Origin: Diplonema japonicum
Lineage: Eukaryota; Protista; Euglenozoa: Diplonemea
Direction: 5' to 3'
DNA length: 64,000 nt
NCBI GenBank assembly: GCA_964019335.1
Contig: OZ025707.1
Span: 124,001-188,000, forward strand
Shown: in pieces, positions 10,587 through 22,986 of the stretch
How the letters are laid out: each line of letters opens with the position of its first letter
Numbering within the stretch: the first letter of the stretch is position 1
The notes under the pieces: generated by a model
What the model was told of the DNA's origin: nothing
The model's input: only the letters and a program-made list of their open reading frames with translations
Databases searched by the model: none
Translations under genes and position numbers: made by a program

Positions 10587-12863
10587 ATGCCGCGTTCTCG
10601 CATATCCACTGTGATTCTCGATCACATTAAAGGCGTGCCGACAGCAAAGCCCACCGCGTTGGAAGAAGAAAAAAGCCTGCAGGAGGAGCTCACGGCCCTT
10701 TACAACATGCACTACACGAAGGCCCGCACGGGCGTGACAAAACCAACAGGCGAGATGGACTTTAAAAAACTGGTGGCGTACTGCGTCCCAACGGAGTTCA
10801 AAAACCAAAAGGCGCCGATTTACAGACGGTCCAGCAACGACGCTAGCCGGGAATTGTACTTGAAAATAGCTGACCGGTTGAAAGAGTGCGCGATGGGAAC
10901 GACACCGAATATTGAAAGCTTGAAAACGACCGGTGTTTTACCAGACGGAATCGGAAGGGAAATGGCCCGGTTGTACAAGGCAAACAACAACATCGACAAC
11001 ATGCTGTGTTTCATGTTAGGCGTCAGCTTTCTGGAACGGCTTTTCGTCGAAATCACATTATGGCACTACAGCAACACAGGCAACACCTCCGCAATAACCA
11101 TGCGTCAGGTTAAGATAACAGATATTCTCGCATCTTCTGTTCTGGAGGAAACCCTCGGCACACCTATGCTTATGCTCTTCAGATCCTTTATCGGACCGTT
11201 GCATGGCATCGCACTTCGCAACCTAGTCTGGCACAACTTCATCCCGACCTCGGAATGGCAACCCGCGTACACCGCTTTTCTGATAAGTATAATAACAACA
11301 TTTGATAAATCAGACTTCTCCGTCATCACAACACACCCTTCCGCCACTGTGAACATTCGCCACGTTCTTAAAATGATAAGGTCTCCCGACGAAGTGAAGC
11401 GTGATGTCCAGGCTGAAATGCTGCATGAGATCGGATTTCCGGCTGATACCGCACCCCGCATCGCGCCGTTGAAGTCGACCTTTCTAACAGGTGCGTCGCA
11501 ATATTCCATCTTTGAAATCAGCGAACAACGAACCACCGCACATAAAGGCGGCCCGTTATTCGACCTTAACGGGTATATACAACACATCATTAATGTATAT
11601 GGGATGGAACCATGCCCTGAATGGGTCGAGCAAGTTATGTCGGAAAGAAAAAGCGAGATTGATGATATAATCGATGCCGGGTGTTTTTTTTTGGACTCCC
11701 GAAACGCGGAATGGAAAGCTGCGTTTGAAAAAGCTTGTCGAAAAGATTGGCATGCGTCGGGAATTCTGGCTACGGTGCTTCTTGAGAGCGCGTTGCGAAG
11801 GATGCACTCGGCGTTGAACGATCTCGATGCAAGATGGCCCGCTCCTGATCGAGACGAGCTTTTTACCATCATCGATGACATGCTTAACGGAAAGGAGAAC
11901 GCGCTGCCGAAATGGCTTCACAAAGGATCGCTACATGCGCTTTACGACCATTGGGTTTGGAAAGAAGGTTTCAGAATTCGCGATGACCTCGCTCATGGGT
12001 CCGTAACTCCGAACTGTCTCTCTTACAGAGCAGTGGTGCCCATCCTTGCAGTGTCGCTGCAGATTTCACTGGCGGTTCACATTTCGGCGAATCCCGAGTT
12101 CCGTGTGTCGAGCGGGATTCAGAAAATTATAGATTGGGTTGAAGGGTACACACCGTTGTTCTCCCCTTGGACACTGTTGCAAACCGAGATGAGACTGTTT
12201 CAATCCGGAGGGATGAACGATATGGAACACACCTGCAGGCTCATACACGAACGGGGATCCGGTTTCCCCCCACCTCCCGAGGGAACGAAACAAAACGTTA
12301 CTGTTGAACAACGTCAGAAACAGAATGAACGACGTGAAGACGACCCGAACCGCCTTCCTAGCAACATGGCTTGTTACATTAACGCGATTCGACAATACAC
12401 GGGGAAAACGAATGTTGAAGCAATGCAGTGGGAACACCCTGCGTTGCATGATATTGAATTTGTCGGGAAGCCTGCCAACGTGCAGAACAAGGAGCTCATC
12501 AAGCTGCACACCACCAGGAGGATCGTCTCATCGTGCCATCAATTTGCCGTCCGGCTGGCCAAAACCTATACGACAAGCTACGAGCTCGTGTGGGCGAGAA
12601 AAGCGTACAAAAAACAGCGTATCGCCTACGCGCGGCTTTTGGAGGACGTGCCCACCCTCACGGACATGATTCGCCTTGCGTTCACCTTCGCCGTGCAGAA
12701 CGTGACGTTTACCTTCCCAAACGACGAAAATATCCGCGAGGCGTGTCTCAACTTCGTCTTCTCTCTCCTACACCAAGCCGAGCGGAAGCAGTGGTACCGT
12801 GCCCTCCCGGAGTACGAGTTATTCGTCTCTCGGCTTGATGCGGTGCCGGGCTTCCGAAAGTGA
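10587..12863 (+). CDS. ERMARD-like (DUF4209/HEPN-like) protein
   Basis: FLERL...DILAS...FIGPLHGIALRNLVWHNF and LLESALRR...LFTIIDDML...EGFRIRDDLAHG: two RxxxxH repeats as in ERMARD/C6orf70. ATG follows a poly(A) run at 10587. Confidence 0.75.
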   Translation: MPRSRISTVILDHIKGVPTAKPTALEEEKSLQEELTALYNMHYTKARTGVTKPTGEMDFKKLVAYCVPTEFKNQKAPIYRRSSNDASRELYLKIADRLKECAMGTTPNIESLKTTGVLPDGIGREMARLYKANNNIDNMLCFMLGVSFLERLFVEITLWHYSNTGNTSAITMRQVKITDILASSVLEETLGTPMLMLFRSFIGPLHGIALRNLVWHNFIPTSEWQPAYTAFLISIITTFDKSDFSVITTHPSATVNIRHVLKMIRSPDEVKRDVQAEMLHEIGFPADTAPRIAPLKSTFLTGASQYSIFEISEQRTTAHKGGPLFDLNGYIQHIINVYGMEPCPEWVEQVMSERKSEIDDIIDAGCFFLDSRNAEWKAAFEKACRKDWHASGILATVLLESALRRMHSALNDLDARWPAPDRDELFTIIDDMLNGKENALPKWLHKGSLHALYDHWVWKEGFRIRDDLAHGSVTPNCLSYRAVVPILAVSLQISLAVHISANPEFRVSSGIQKIIDWVEGYTPLFSPWTLLQTEMRLFQSGGMNDMEHTCRLIHERGSGFPPPPEGTKQNVTVEQRQKQNERREDDPNRLPSNMACYINAIRQYTGKTNVEAMQWEHPALHDIEFVGKPANVQNKELIKLHTTRRIVSSCHQFAVRLAKTYTTSYELVWARKAYKKQRIAYARLLEDVPTLTDMIRLAFTFAVQNVTFTFPNDENIREACLNFVFSLLHQAERKQWYRALPEYELFVSRLDAVPGFRK

Positions 12864-12945
12864 TTTTTTTTTTTTTTTATTCTCGTAAGTCTCTTTTATT
12901 TTATAAAAATAAAAAAAAATATATAAAAAAAAAAAAGGTATATGA

Positions 12946-14205
12946 ATGTCTGGACCGAAACCTGTCGTGTCCGGGCGCAGCGTGTACAACAGCTCTGACG
13001 GGAAAACATGGATTCTCAGCGGGAAGACCTTGGACGACAAGGAGTGCTGCTGGAGGATGAAGCTCGACAAGAACGGGGAGGAGAGGATGCCGTTCTACGC
13101 CAACCACGCGAACCCGAAGAAGAAGGTGTGGATCCTTCCTGACGTGGTGACGGAGGAGGAAGGAGAGCACGCCGACACACCCCCTGCAGGAGAGCCCGCC
13201 TCCATACCCCCCGCACCGCCCATCGTACTCCGGATGCACGCACCAACAAAAATAGAAGCAGAGGGTATTTACACTCTCTCGCCAGATACATGTGAAGGGC
13301 AGCCCGTATGGATTACACGACAGGGCTCTGTGTTGTATTCCACATCATCAGGGTACTGGATAGCAGGCACGAGGGAGGCAATGCGTGACAACCTGGGGTG
13401 GGTTATGTCCACTGACCCACACGACAACAACCCCCCCAACCTCGTGCCCAGCTGGTCGGCTTCTTCCGGCTCGCAGTGGGTGCCGGATAACAATATTCGT
13501 TGTGTGACTGTAGATGGCAGTGAGATCACCCAGAAGGAGAAGCGGACTGTTGGGTCGAGTGTTTACATCTCTGAAGGAGACTTCTGGATCCTCGAGGGCA
13601 AGACCCTTCAGGACCAGCCCCATGTCTGGAAGCTCAAGACAGCACCAGACGGGTCCACTTATTACGTCAACCCTTGGAACCGCACTAAGGTCACCCTTCT
13701 TCCCGATGTGGTGGTATGTTTTTTTTTTTTTTTTTTTTTTTTTTCAAAGACATCTTTTTTTTGCCAAGTATGATGATCACGAAACCAGAATAAGAGTAGT
13801 GGTGCATAGTGCGTGTCCCTCTTCTTGAGGGATGCACACAAAGACGCATAAACGGTTTTCCTCCTAAAACTAAAACACTAACCCTCATCTCCCCTTTGAA
13901 AACCAAATGATGCAGATATAAAAACTCAAGTATTTCATTTATTCGATTCTGTTGATGAGATCAAAAATTTTTAACCTCACAAAAGACTGATTTTTCTTTT
14001 TTTACGCTTAACGCCACCTAGTGTTGCAATCAAAGCTTATTATTTGTGAAACCAGGGCCTCTTGGTCTTTTTACGTTAAAAAAAAAAACATCAAAAACAA
14101 AAAAAGGGAAACCCTCGTGCCGTGCAGGCTGTGCTCATCAACTCTTCAGCGCGCTCTGCGAGTGTCAACAGCGTCGGGTCGGTATGGGGACAGACTTGAC
14201 AACCA

Positions 14206-14243
<38 letters not shown>

Positions 14244-17028
14244 TGAGATCAAGAGCAAAATCGCAGCTGGAGGCCGACCTTGAGACGGAGCTCGAACAGC
14301 ACCGTCGTACCATCAAATGCTTGGAAGACAAGGAGGTGCTGTACCAGCGGCGTGAGAGCCAGCTGGCGTCTGACTTCGCAGCTGTTACGCCTGTTGGCAG
14401 CGAGATTGCACCCCCAACAGACACTCAACAACAGCTGGACGAACTGGAACGAAAACTAGGCGTGGAAAGAGATCGTCTTCAACAAGAAGCGTCTGGACCT
14501 GGCGCTCTCCTCCCTGAGACTGCAGTCACCATCACCACCTTAGAGCGGATGCATGGCAATCTCGACGAACAGGAGAAGAAGCTGCAAGCCAAAGCAGCCA
14601 CGCTTGAGGAAGACTCCCAGCAACGCATAGAGCAAGAAAAGGAAGCCCTGCGCGAGCACCTGCGGGAGAAGCAACAACAGCAACAAGTCGAGATGGCCGT
14701 CAAAAGCACCATGGAGCAGCACCACTCTACAGAGATGAACAACATCCACGAGCGTTATTCTATTGAATCGGCAGCAGCCCTCGAGAAGCATCAGGAGTAC
14801 CTTCGTCAGAAGGCTGCGGAGCTCGAGCATGAACATGAACTGGAGACACAAAAACTGCAGGCAGCTGCAAGGCAGCTTGAGGTCTTAGCCAAGGAGAAGC
14901 AAGTGCAACCCGTGGATATCTTAAACGGTGCGGCTTCTCGATACGCCAGGTATATTGTGCAAAGCATCGACAACACACTTACCCACAGAGATCTTAACGA
15001 GCAGGAGCAAGATGTTGCTGCGAAGCGTAAGAAGTTCATGGCTGCTCTACCGCCGCAAGAAGCAGCCGGGCACAACCTCGAGACGGAGCAGAACAAGTTG
15101 CAAAATGAAGTCAACGATTTCTATCTACAGACGACACGGGCGATGGCCGACGCGATGCACGAGCTGGAAATGAAGCGATCGCAGGCACGGATGCATTCCC
15201 AAACACATGAGGCTCTGACCGAAGATGAACTACATGCACAGGCTCAGGCACAAGCATTGTCCCAGGCTCATGAACTATTGGTAGCGCAAACCCAGGCTCG
15301 GTCGCAACAAAATCAGGCCCTTGCACCACAGGCACCTTCAGAGGCTTCCGGTTTTCTGACTGCATCGGCTCTCACTCCGACTCCGACCCACAGTGTCAGC
15401 CCGAACCCTGCAGCAGTGCCCGGAATGCAAGCGTACATGCCAGCATCACACCAACCTGACCTCAAGAACGACAAAGATGTATTGATTGAGCATCTTCGCA
15501 GGGAGCTCGAGGTGAAGGCGCAGATCCAAGACAACAGAGACATCATGATCAACCAGCTGCGAAGGGAGCTGGAGGCAAAGACGCAGATGCAGGGTGGGAA
15601 CGGGGGTCTGATGGACAACCTGTACAAGCAGCTCGAGGAGGAGAAGATGAAGACAGCGACCCTGCACGCGGAACGGGACAAGGAGAAGAGATCCTGGGAC
15701 GAGCAACGGGGACAGCTCGACGTGCAGCTCTCGGAAAAGCACAACACCCTGCAAAAAGACATGGCACGACAGCTGCAGGCCGTGAAGACGGAGTTTCAGA
15801 CAACGCTAAGGTATACACGCAAAAGAACAAACAAAACAAAAACAGGAACAGCGCCGAGGAGGTGAAAACCGTAAAAGCGATCGCGTCAGAAATGGACGCG
15901 AGAGAGGAGAAGAAGAACGAACTCCTGCTGTCAATGGAACGGAAGATGGCCGACATGCAGGTGGAACACGAGAAGGAAAAGAGCAAGCTGATGAAAGGCC
16001 TTCACGATGAACTCAACACTGTGCGCAAAAAGGTCGCGGACGCCGAGAGAAAAGAAGAGCACGCGAGGAGAGACGCACAACTTGCTGCGGAGGCCGCAAT
16101 GCGCAACACGGCAGATCACGAGAGGCTCACGAAGAAGACAGAGGACCTTAAAACCGAGATAGTGAAAATGAGGATGGAAATATCCGACGCGGCGGACGCA
16201 CACAACAGCTACGTGAAACAGCTGCAAGAGGACCAAGCAAGGGAAACCAAAGCCCTTCGCGACGAAATTCAATCCCTCCGCGAGGCGGCAACAGCTGACA
16301 TCAAAACAGACAACGAAACGCTCCAGACACGCCACAACATCGAGAAGGAAGGCTTGCTCGCCGACCACCACCGCGACGTGCAAGCGGTAAAGGAGCTCAT
16401 GCAACGCGAGATCGCATTGCAAAACAAGCAAATGGAGGCGCTCGTAACAGAGCTGAAGGAGGTCCGTGAACGCCACGACGCTGCCCTCATGTCCGTCCGC
16501 GACAAGGGCAAACAAGAACGAGAGGACCTCATGGCGGAGCTCAGGGAAACCAACAAAAAGAACACGATTCTAACGGAGAACTTAGATATGTCGCAGAAAG
16601 CACAACGTGACTTACAAGTAGCTATGAGCACCGAGCGTGTGAGAGGTGCGCAAAGCGACATGCTACACGGAGAAGAGGTAGCAAGGGCACGTCAGGCATC
16701 GCACACACCGGACACGTCAGGTGATGTTAAGCAACAGCTCACTTCGCTACTTGATAGTGAGTTTCACAAGCTCTCTGCCGCATACATTGAACCAGCATCT
16801 GACTTGCAAAGTCGGCTCAAGCGGTTCCGTGACAGGTCCGCTTCTCGTTCTGCGTCGGCTGACCCGCTGCCGCCTTACAAGTACCCTTCGCGATCCCCTT
16901 CTTCCTCCCCTTACCCCGCACAGCGCACTCCCTCCTCATCCGCCATCTCCAAGCCTGACGAGCTGCGTCGTTTGCACTTCTTAAAAGAACAGATGCGTCA
17001 AAGGCTCACTGCCGAACAGGGTTTGTAA
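12946..17028 (+). CDS. Large protein with two WW-like repeats and a long coiled coil; spliced
   Basis: ORFs 12946, 14021 and 15862 join in frame through introns 13714-14106, 14182-14242 and 15811-15845. Duplicated W-ILxGKTL...W...(F/Y)Y.N......LPDVV modules. Confidence 0.75.
13770..13993 (+). ncRNA. Intronic copies of snoRNA B (box D mutated to CTAA) and snoRNA C
   Basis: Near-identical to 4375-4596; lies within intron 13714-14106. Confidence 0.65.
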
Positions 17029-17291
17029 AGCAAGGGGTGTTTCTTTTTTTTTCTAAATGGATAGAGTTTTCTTCTTTCTTCTTCTTGTTGTTGTTGTTGT
17101 ATTTGTGGAGAGGCGGAGAGAGGGGAAGCATGTACAGAGAATCGGAGAAATGGAGTTGTGTTTTTTAGAATCTACCACCACCCTCATTACCCCCTTGTTC
17201 TTTTATGCATCTAGGAGGATCCAGAGGGGTCTTGCTTCCAAAAACACACACACCACAGTTTCCTTTCTCCTTACTTTACTTTTAACTTAAC

Positions 17292-18476
17292 ATGATGAGG
17301 TGTGGTCTCCTCCTGGCTGCGGCCTGTGCGGTGAGCGGTCTGTCCCTGTCGCCCGCGACGGACAAGGTTGTGAAGGATGAGTTCATCTTGTTGCTGCACT
17401 CGAACATCACGGTGGCGGACCACGATGCGCTGAACGAGAGGGTGAAGGGGAAGAAGTTCTCTATCGGGAAGGGGTTTCGGGCGGTCCATGCGACTTTGAA
17501 CGAGGAGTCCCTTGAGTGGGTGCTTGCTCAGGAGCACCTTGTGAAGAAGGTGGAGCACAACCAGGTGGTGCGCCTCGTGCAGGAGACCTGCAACGCGCAG
17601 CAGAGGGACGCGTCGTGGGGTCAGGCGAGGACCACGAACGCTGGGCCGCAGAACGTTGTGAACACCTTCGCGCACAACCCTGACTGGGGCAAGGACATCG
17701 ACATCTACATTGTTGACACCGGTATCAGGTGCACCCACGTTGACTTCAAGGACACCGAGGGGGAGAGCAGGTGCTTGTGGGGGGCGAACACCGCTGGCGG
17801 CAGCAACACCGATGTGAACGGACACGGGACCCACTGCGCCTCGACATCGGGCGGGATCCGCTACGGTATCGCAAAGGCCTCGACGCTGATCGCCGTGAAG
17901 GTGCTCGGGGACAACGGTTCCGGGACAACGGCTGGTGTGATCGCCGGTGTGCAGTTCGTGGCGGACAACGCCGCCACAAGGAAGAAGAAGTCTGTTGCGA
18001 ACATGTCGCTGGGAGGTGGCTTCAGCACGGCGTCGAACAACGCTGTCGACGCTGCTGTTGGCACCGGTGTTTCCTTCGCTGTGGCAGCCGGGAACGACAA
18101 CGCTGACGCGAGGAACTACAGCCCCGCCAGTGCCAAGGACTGCGTCACCGTCGGCTCCACCGAGCTCGCCAACTCGGGCGGCACCCAGGTGGACGCACGC
18201 TCCAGCTTCTCCAACTACGGCAGCACCCTCGACATCTTCGCACCCGGCTCCAACATTGTGGCCGCGTACTCCACCTCCGACACCGCCTACGCCACCCTCT
18301 CCGGTACCTCCATGGCCTCCCCTCACGTTGCTGGTGCCATGGCTCTCTACGCCCAGACAAACAGCCCCGCTGAGGTCAAGAAGCTCCTCAACGACAACGC
18401 CGAGACTGGTATCCTTCAGATCGGGACTGGGTCCCCGAACAAGATGCTTCACGTTCCTTGCATTAGCACCCGTTAA
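17292..18476 (+). CDS. Secreted S8 subtilase (proteinase K-like) with I9 propeptide, copy 1
   Basis: Signal peptide; catalytic IVDTG, GHGTH, GTSMASPH; oxyanion AAGN. Confidence 0.95.
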   Translation: MMRCGLLLAAACAVSGLSLSPATDKVVKDEFILLLHSNITVADHDALNERVKGKKFSIGKGFRAVHATLNEESLEWVLAQEHLVKKVEHNQVVRLVQETCNAQQRDASWGQARTTNAGPQNVVNTFAHNPDWGKDIDIYIVDTGIRCTHVDFKDTEGESRCLWGANTAGGSNTDVNGHGTHCASTSGGIRYGIAKASTLIAVKVLGDNGSGTTAGVIAGVQFVADNAATRKKKSVANMSLGGGFSTASNNAVDAAVGTGVSFAVAAGNDNADARNYSPASAKDCVTVGSTELANSGGTQVDARSSFSNYGSTLDIFAPGSNIVAAYSTSDTAYATLSGTSMASPHVAGAMALYAQTNSPAEVKKLLNDNAETGILQIGTGSPNKMLHVPCISTR

Positions 18477-18694
18477 AAAACCTCGGGTTGGGGATTCGAT
18501 TCGCTGATTTATATTCGATTCCCCCTCTCCCCTCCCCTCCCCTCCCCTGAATGATTAAACCAAATTCGTTTTTGATCTTTTCAATCCCCCCCTCCCCTCC
18601 CCCTGAATGTGTAAACTAAAAAGAAAACGTGTGGCGTTACCTTACTTGTGTTTTTTTTTTTTTAGACACTTTTTTTTATTGCTGAAGGAAAGAG

Positions 18695-18743
<49 letters not shown>

Positions 18744-19027
18744 GAACTTGAAGACCAAACAAAAACGTCTCCGGTTTTGTTGAATCTTTGGACGCAACAA
18801 CAGAAGAGGGCATCCAAGTGTGTTTGTTCTTGTGTTTGTGTATTTGTCAGTACGAATTTAACCAGACTTCCCAATCCTTCGTTCGAACATCTCTTTCCTA
18901 TTCCTTCTTCTCTTTTCCCTCTTTCTTTCTCTGCAGTTTTACACGACTCGTATCTTATTTTTTCGAGTTCACATCCAATTAATCCCCAACACAGTCCCCT
19001 CTACCTGCACAACAACAACAACAAAGT

Positions 19028-20716
19028 ATGGATCCGTCAGCTGCTGCGAACAACACCACCCTCACAAAAGAGGAGGGGAGGGTTGCCTTGGTGAGAGCTG
19101 TTTCAAAAGGGGACCTTGAGGAGATGAGGGAACTTGTTCTGGAGCGGGGTGTTGACCCTGGTGCAACGGGCAGCGATGGTTTCACAGCCCTGCACTATGC
19201 AGCTCGCGAAAACAACTGTGTCGAGGCTGTGGCTGCTCTCGTCTCTTCTTACCACCAGGACCCTGGTGTGAAAAGCAACGATGGTTGGACACCGGTTCAT
19301 CTAGCAGCACAGGAAGGCCAGCTGGAAACAGTTAAATATCTTATTGAAACTTGCGGTAGCGATGCAGGTGTCAAAAACAACAACAGTAGGACACCGGTTC
19401 ACGAAGCAGCAGTTAACGGCCATCTTGAGACGGTTAAATATCTAGTTGAAACTCTTGGTCAAGACGCTGGTGTCAAATGCAACTTAGGTTTTACACCGCT
19501 TCATGATGCAGCATCAAACGGCCACCTGGAGACAGTTAAATATCTTGAAAAGTCTCGTTCCCGAAAAAAAAAGAGGAATGGAAAACTTGTTAAAACTCGC
19601 GGTGGCAACAAAGGTGTGAGAAGCAACGAAGGTTGGACACCGGTTCACGAAGCAGCAGAGTACGGCCACCTGGAGACTGTTAAATATCTTGTTGAAACTC
19701 TTGGTCAAGACGCTGGTGCGAAAAGCGAAGACGGTAGGACACCGATACATGAAGCAGCATTAGGAGGCCAGCTGGAGACTGTTAAATATCTTGTTGAAGC
19801 TTGCGGTCAAGACGCAGGTGTCAAAAGCAAAGACGGTAGGACACCGGTTCATCACGCTGCATTAAGTGGCCATGTGATGACGGTTAAATATCTTGTTAAA
19901 ACTCTCGGTCAAGACGCAGGTGTCAAAAACAAAGACGGTCTTACACCGCTTCATGAAGCAGCATCAAGGGGCCACCTGGAGACAGTAAAATATCTTGTTA
20001 AAACTCTCGGTCAAGACGCAGGTGTCAAAACCAACGAGGGTTGGGCACCGGTTCATCTAGCAGCATCAAAGGGCCAGCTGGAGACAGTAAAATATCTTGT
20101 TGAAACTCTCGGTCAAGACGCAGGTGTCAAAACCAACTCGAGTAAGACACTGCTTCATGAAGCAGCATCAAGGGGCCACCTGGAGACAGTTAAATATCTT
20201 GTTGAAACTCTCGGTCAAGACGCAGGTGTCAAAACCAACGAGGGTTGGGCACCGGTTCATCTAGCAGCATCAAGGGGCCAGCTGGAGACAGTAAAATATC
20301 TTGTTGAAACTCTCGGTCAAGACGCAGGTGTCAAAAGCAACTACGGTAGGACACCGCTTCATGATGCAGCATCAAGGGGCCAGCTGGAGACAGTTAAATA
20401 TCTTGTTGAAAGCAGGAGAGGTGCGGCATCACGCACTCTTTCCGTTTCATGCAAAAAAAGAAAACTTGTTGAAACTCGCGGTCAAGACGCAGGTGTCAAG
20501 TGCGACATAGGTAGGACACCGCTTCATTACGCAGCATTCAAGGGCCATCTTGAGACGGTTAAATATCTTGTTGAAACTTGCGGTCAAGACGCAGGTGTCA
20601 AAAACAACGACGGTAGCACACCGGTTCATCTAGCGGCACAGGAAAGCCATCTCGAAACAATAAAATATCTTGTTGAAGAAAGAATAAAAGAAAAAGACTG
20701 GCGACAAGAAGGATAG
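19028..20716 (+). CDS. Ankyrin-repeat protein, copy 1 (562 aa)
   Basis: 34-aa repeats TPxHxAAxxGHLETVKYLVETLGQDAGVK. Confidence 0.9.
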   Translation: MDPSAAANNTTLTKEEGRVALVRAVSKGDLEEMRELVLERGVDPGATGSDGFTALHYAARENNCVEAVAALVSSYHQDPGVKSNDGWTPVHLAAQEGQLETVKYLIETCGSDAGVKNNNSRTPVHEAAVNGHLETVKYLVETLGQDAGVKCNLGFTPLHDAASNGHLETVKYLEKSRSRKKKRNGKLVKTRGGNKGVRSNEGWTPVHEAAEYGHLETVKYLVETLGQDAGAKSEDGRTPIHEAALGGQLETVKYLVEACGQDAGVKSKDGRTPVHHAALSGHVMTVKYLVKTLGQDAGVKNKDGLTPLHEAASRGHLETVKYLVKTLGQDAGVKTNEGWAPVHLAASKGQLETVKYLVETLGQDAGVKTNSSKTLLHEAASRGHLETVKYLVETLGQDAGVKTNEGWAPVHLAASRGQLETVKYLVETLGQDAGVKSNYGRTPLHDAASRGQLETVKYLVESRRGAASRTLSVSCKKRKLVETRGQDAGVKCDIGRTPLHYAAFKGHLETVKYLVETCGQDAGVKNNDGSTPVHLAAQESHLETIKYLVEERIKEKDWRQEG

Positions 20717-22158
20717 AAAATAAAGTGTTCACCAGTGTGATGTTCGAGAGGCACAATTTTCGTACTCTCCTATTTTTTTTTTTTTTAATTTTTTATTTAT
20801 TTATTTATTTATTATTTTTTTTTTTTTGCATGAAGAAAAACAATCTATTGATACTGAATTGTTATTGCTAAAAAGAGTAGTGGTGGCATTGTAGGGCTTA
20901 CCCTTCTACAGGTTAACCCCGGCTGTGCACAAACAGCAATCAACCGACTCTTTTTTTTTGGAAGAAGTAAAAGAGAAGAAAAAAAACTATAACTATCTTG
21001 TTTCAAATCGTACCTGTTTCTTTCTTGTAAATATGTCTCTCTCTTTTTTTTTTTTTTTTTTTTTTTTTTTCTTCTCTTCATTTATACTCGGTTGTTTTGT
21101 ACACCAGGTACCCTTAACGTCATGAAAGACCCGAAGAGGGCGGGGTTCCTCAAGGACAGTGAAGAGACCACCTTTTTATTAGCAAGCCATTCAAGGCAGC
21201 AGGAAGAAAACAAATGAAGTGTATCAAATAGAAGAACAGAAATTTTGATAAATTTCGGTGTGCGGGTGGGTGCTCACCGTTGTAGAAAAGAAAAAAAAAA
21301 TGAAAAAAGAAAGAAGTAGTAAACCCCCACAGGTGCATCTTGAAGAAGAGAAAAGAAAGGAAAAGAAAAAAAGAAGAAAAGAAAAGGGGGAAAAAAAAGA
21401 AGAGAAGTGATTTCCTTTTGATCTTTCTTTTGTTGTTGTGTTTGATGTTTTTTTTTTTTCTGATTAGAGTGGGTCTTTTTGTTTTTTCCCTCGCTCTCAT
21501 CTTCTCTTGGAAAGAGAAAAATAAATAGAAAAGAGAAGGCCTCCGATGTTCAAAACCTAAATAGATTTTTTTTTTTTTTTTTTTTTTTAACCAGGGGCAG
21601 AGGTTCGCCAAGAGTGTACAGTCCTGTTTCTCGCGGAAACAGAGAACCTACCCCCCACCCCCACAGCAGCCGACCAATCAGACACAGCAGTGTGAAAAAA
21701 AAAAAAAAAAGCCCTTATTGAGAACAAAAGGAGAAAGGGAAAAAAAAAAAAGCAATTGTTTATCTTTCTTCTACTGCCTCCTTCTTTTGGGTACCAAAAA
21801 AGCTTTTCAGAAGGTCCAATACCGGCCAGGGGTGAGAGTGAGAGGACAACATGGAAGTCCGGTTCCCCGTGGTTTCATCCCCCATCCTCATTCTCGCTTT
21901 CCTCCCACCTCTTCATAGTTTACTGTTTCACGAGCGCTCCTTTTGTTGTTGTTGGACTTTAGGGTGAGCTGCTTATATTCCTTTCCTCCCGAGTTTCAGC
22001 CTTGTGAGCTGACCATCAATATTCAATAGATTTTTTTTTTTTAAACCGGGGGCGGAGGCTCACATTCAGTTTACTTTTTTCATTTTTATTTTTATTAGGT
22101 TTGTCCTCCACTTTGAGTTTTTATTTTTTATTTTTTTTTTTTTTCTTATTTTATTTTT

Positions 22159-22606
22159 GGGGACCAATGTTTCCAACCTCCCTGCGGTGGTTCCTGGTAA
22201 TTGTGGTTTGGAGAAACACAAGCGAAAGGGAAACTCTCGTTCTAAAGCCGTACACGTGGGGAAACCTGGACGGGGGTGGAGAGCCCACCCTACGCGTGGC
22301 GCCAGTTAGCATCGCCCTCAACGGAGAGTCCCTTATCCCATTACATCGAACAAGGAGGTGGCTTCACCAGGTCAGGCAAGTAGCCTCCCCGCGGCATCGT
22401 GCCAGTGAAGCAAGCCTCCCACAACTCTCCAGTTGGTGTTTAATTGCTTCTGTGGCCCCTCTCCCTATTTCAATTTCCAAGCTTTCTTTACCTCTCCACT
22501 TTTACTTTCTACGGGACCACAGGGGACTTGGGAGGCTTCGGGGCGAAGTTTCACAAGGGTGGCCGCTGTGTCACATACTGCATGGCACCACTAAAATCGA
22601 GACAAC
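22159..22606. mobile_element. 448-bp non-coding insertion (SINE/MITE-like) in a T run of the spacer
   Basis: Absent from the homologous spacer at about 28200, 51350, 56795 and 63710; internal inverted repeat AAGCCTCCCA/TGGGAGGCTT. Confidence 0.7.
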
Positions 22607-22907
22607 TTTTTTATTTCTATTCTTACTTTCATTTTTCATTTAATTTTACGTTTCATCCCGCTACCAGTCGTGGTCGCCAACAGCTCGCTCACACCCTTCT
22701 CCAGGATCTCCCTCCAGCATCTTGTCCGCGCAGCTGTCCGCGGCGGCGTCGTAGTCAGTCTCGGGGTACTCAGGATAGAGGCCAGTCCCCACGTCTCACA
22801 CCCTTCTCCAGGGCGGTTGGCCCATCGACACACATCGCGGCCTTCTCGTAGAGCTGCAGTGGGCCACCCTCCCGCGCTCGGGGAGGGGTCTTGCTTCCAA
22901 AAACACA

Positions 22908-22949
<42 letters not shown>

Positions 22950-22986
22950 ACAGTTTCCTTTCTCCTTACTTTACTTTTAACTTAAC

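Noticed and set aside
17271-18452. 393-aa antisense ORF and shifted-frame ORFs over every S8 copy
   Set aside because: Shadow ORFs caused by the GC-rich codon bias of the real gene; no recognisable motifs.
19300-20680. CRISPR-like regular repeats
   Set aside because: These are 102-bp in-frame ankyrin coding repeats; no cas genes, eukaryotic context.
22378-22410. HDV-like ribozyme (GCCTCCCCGCGGC resembles P3/L3)
   Set aside because: No matching P1 or P1.1 GG could be found.
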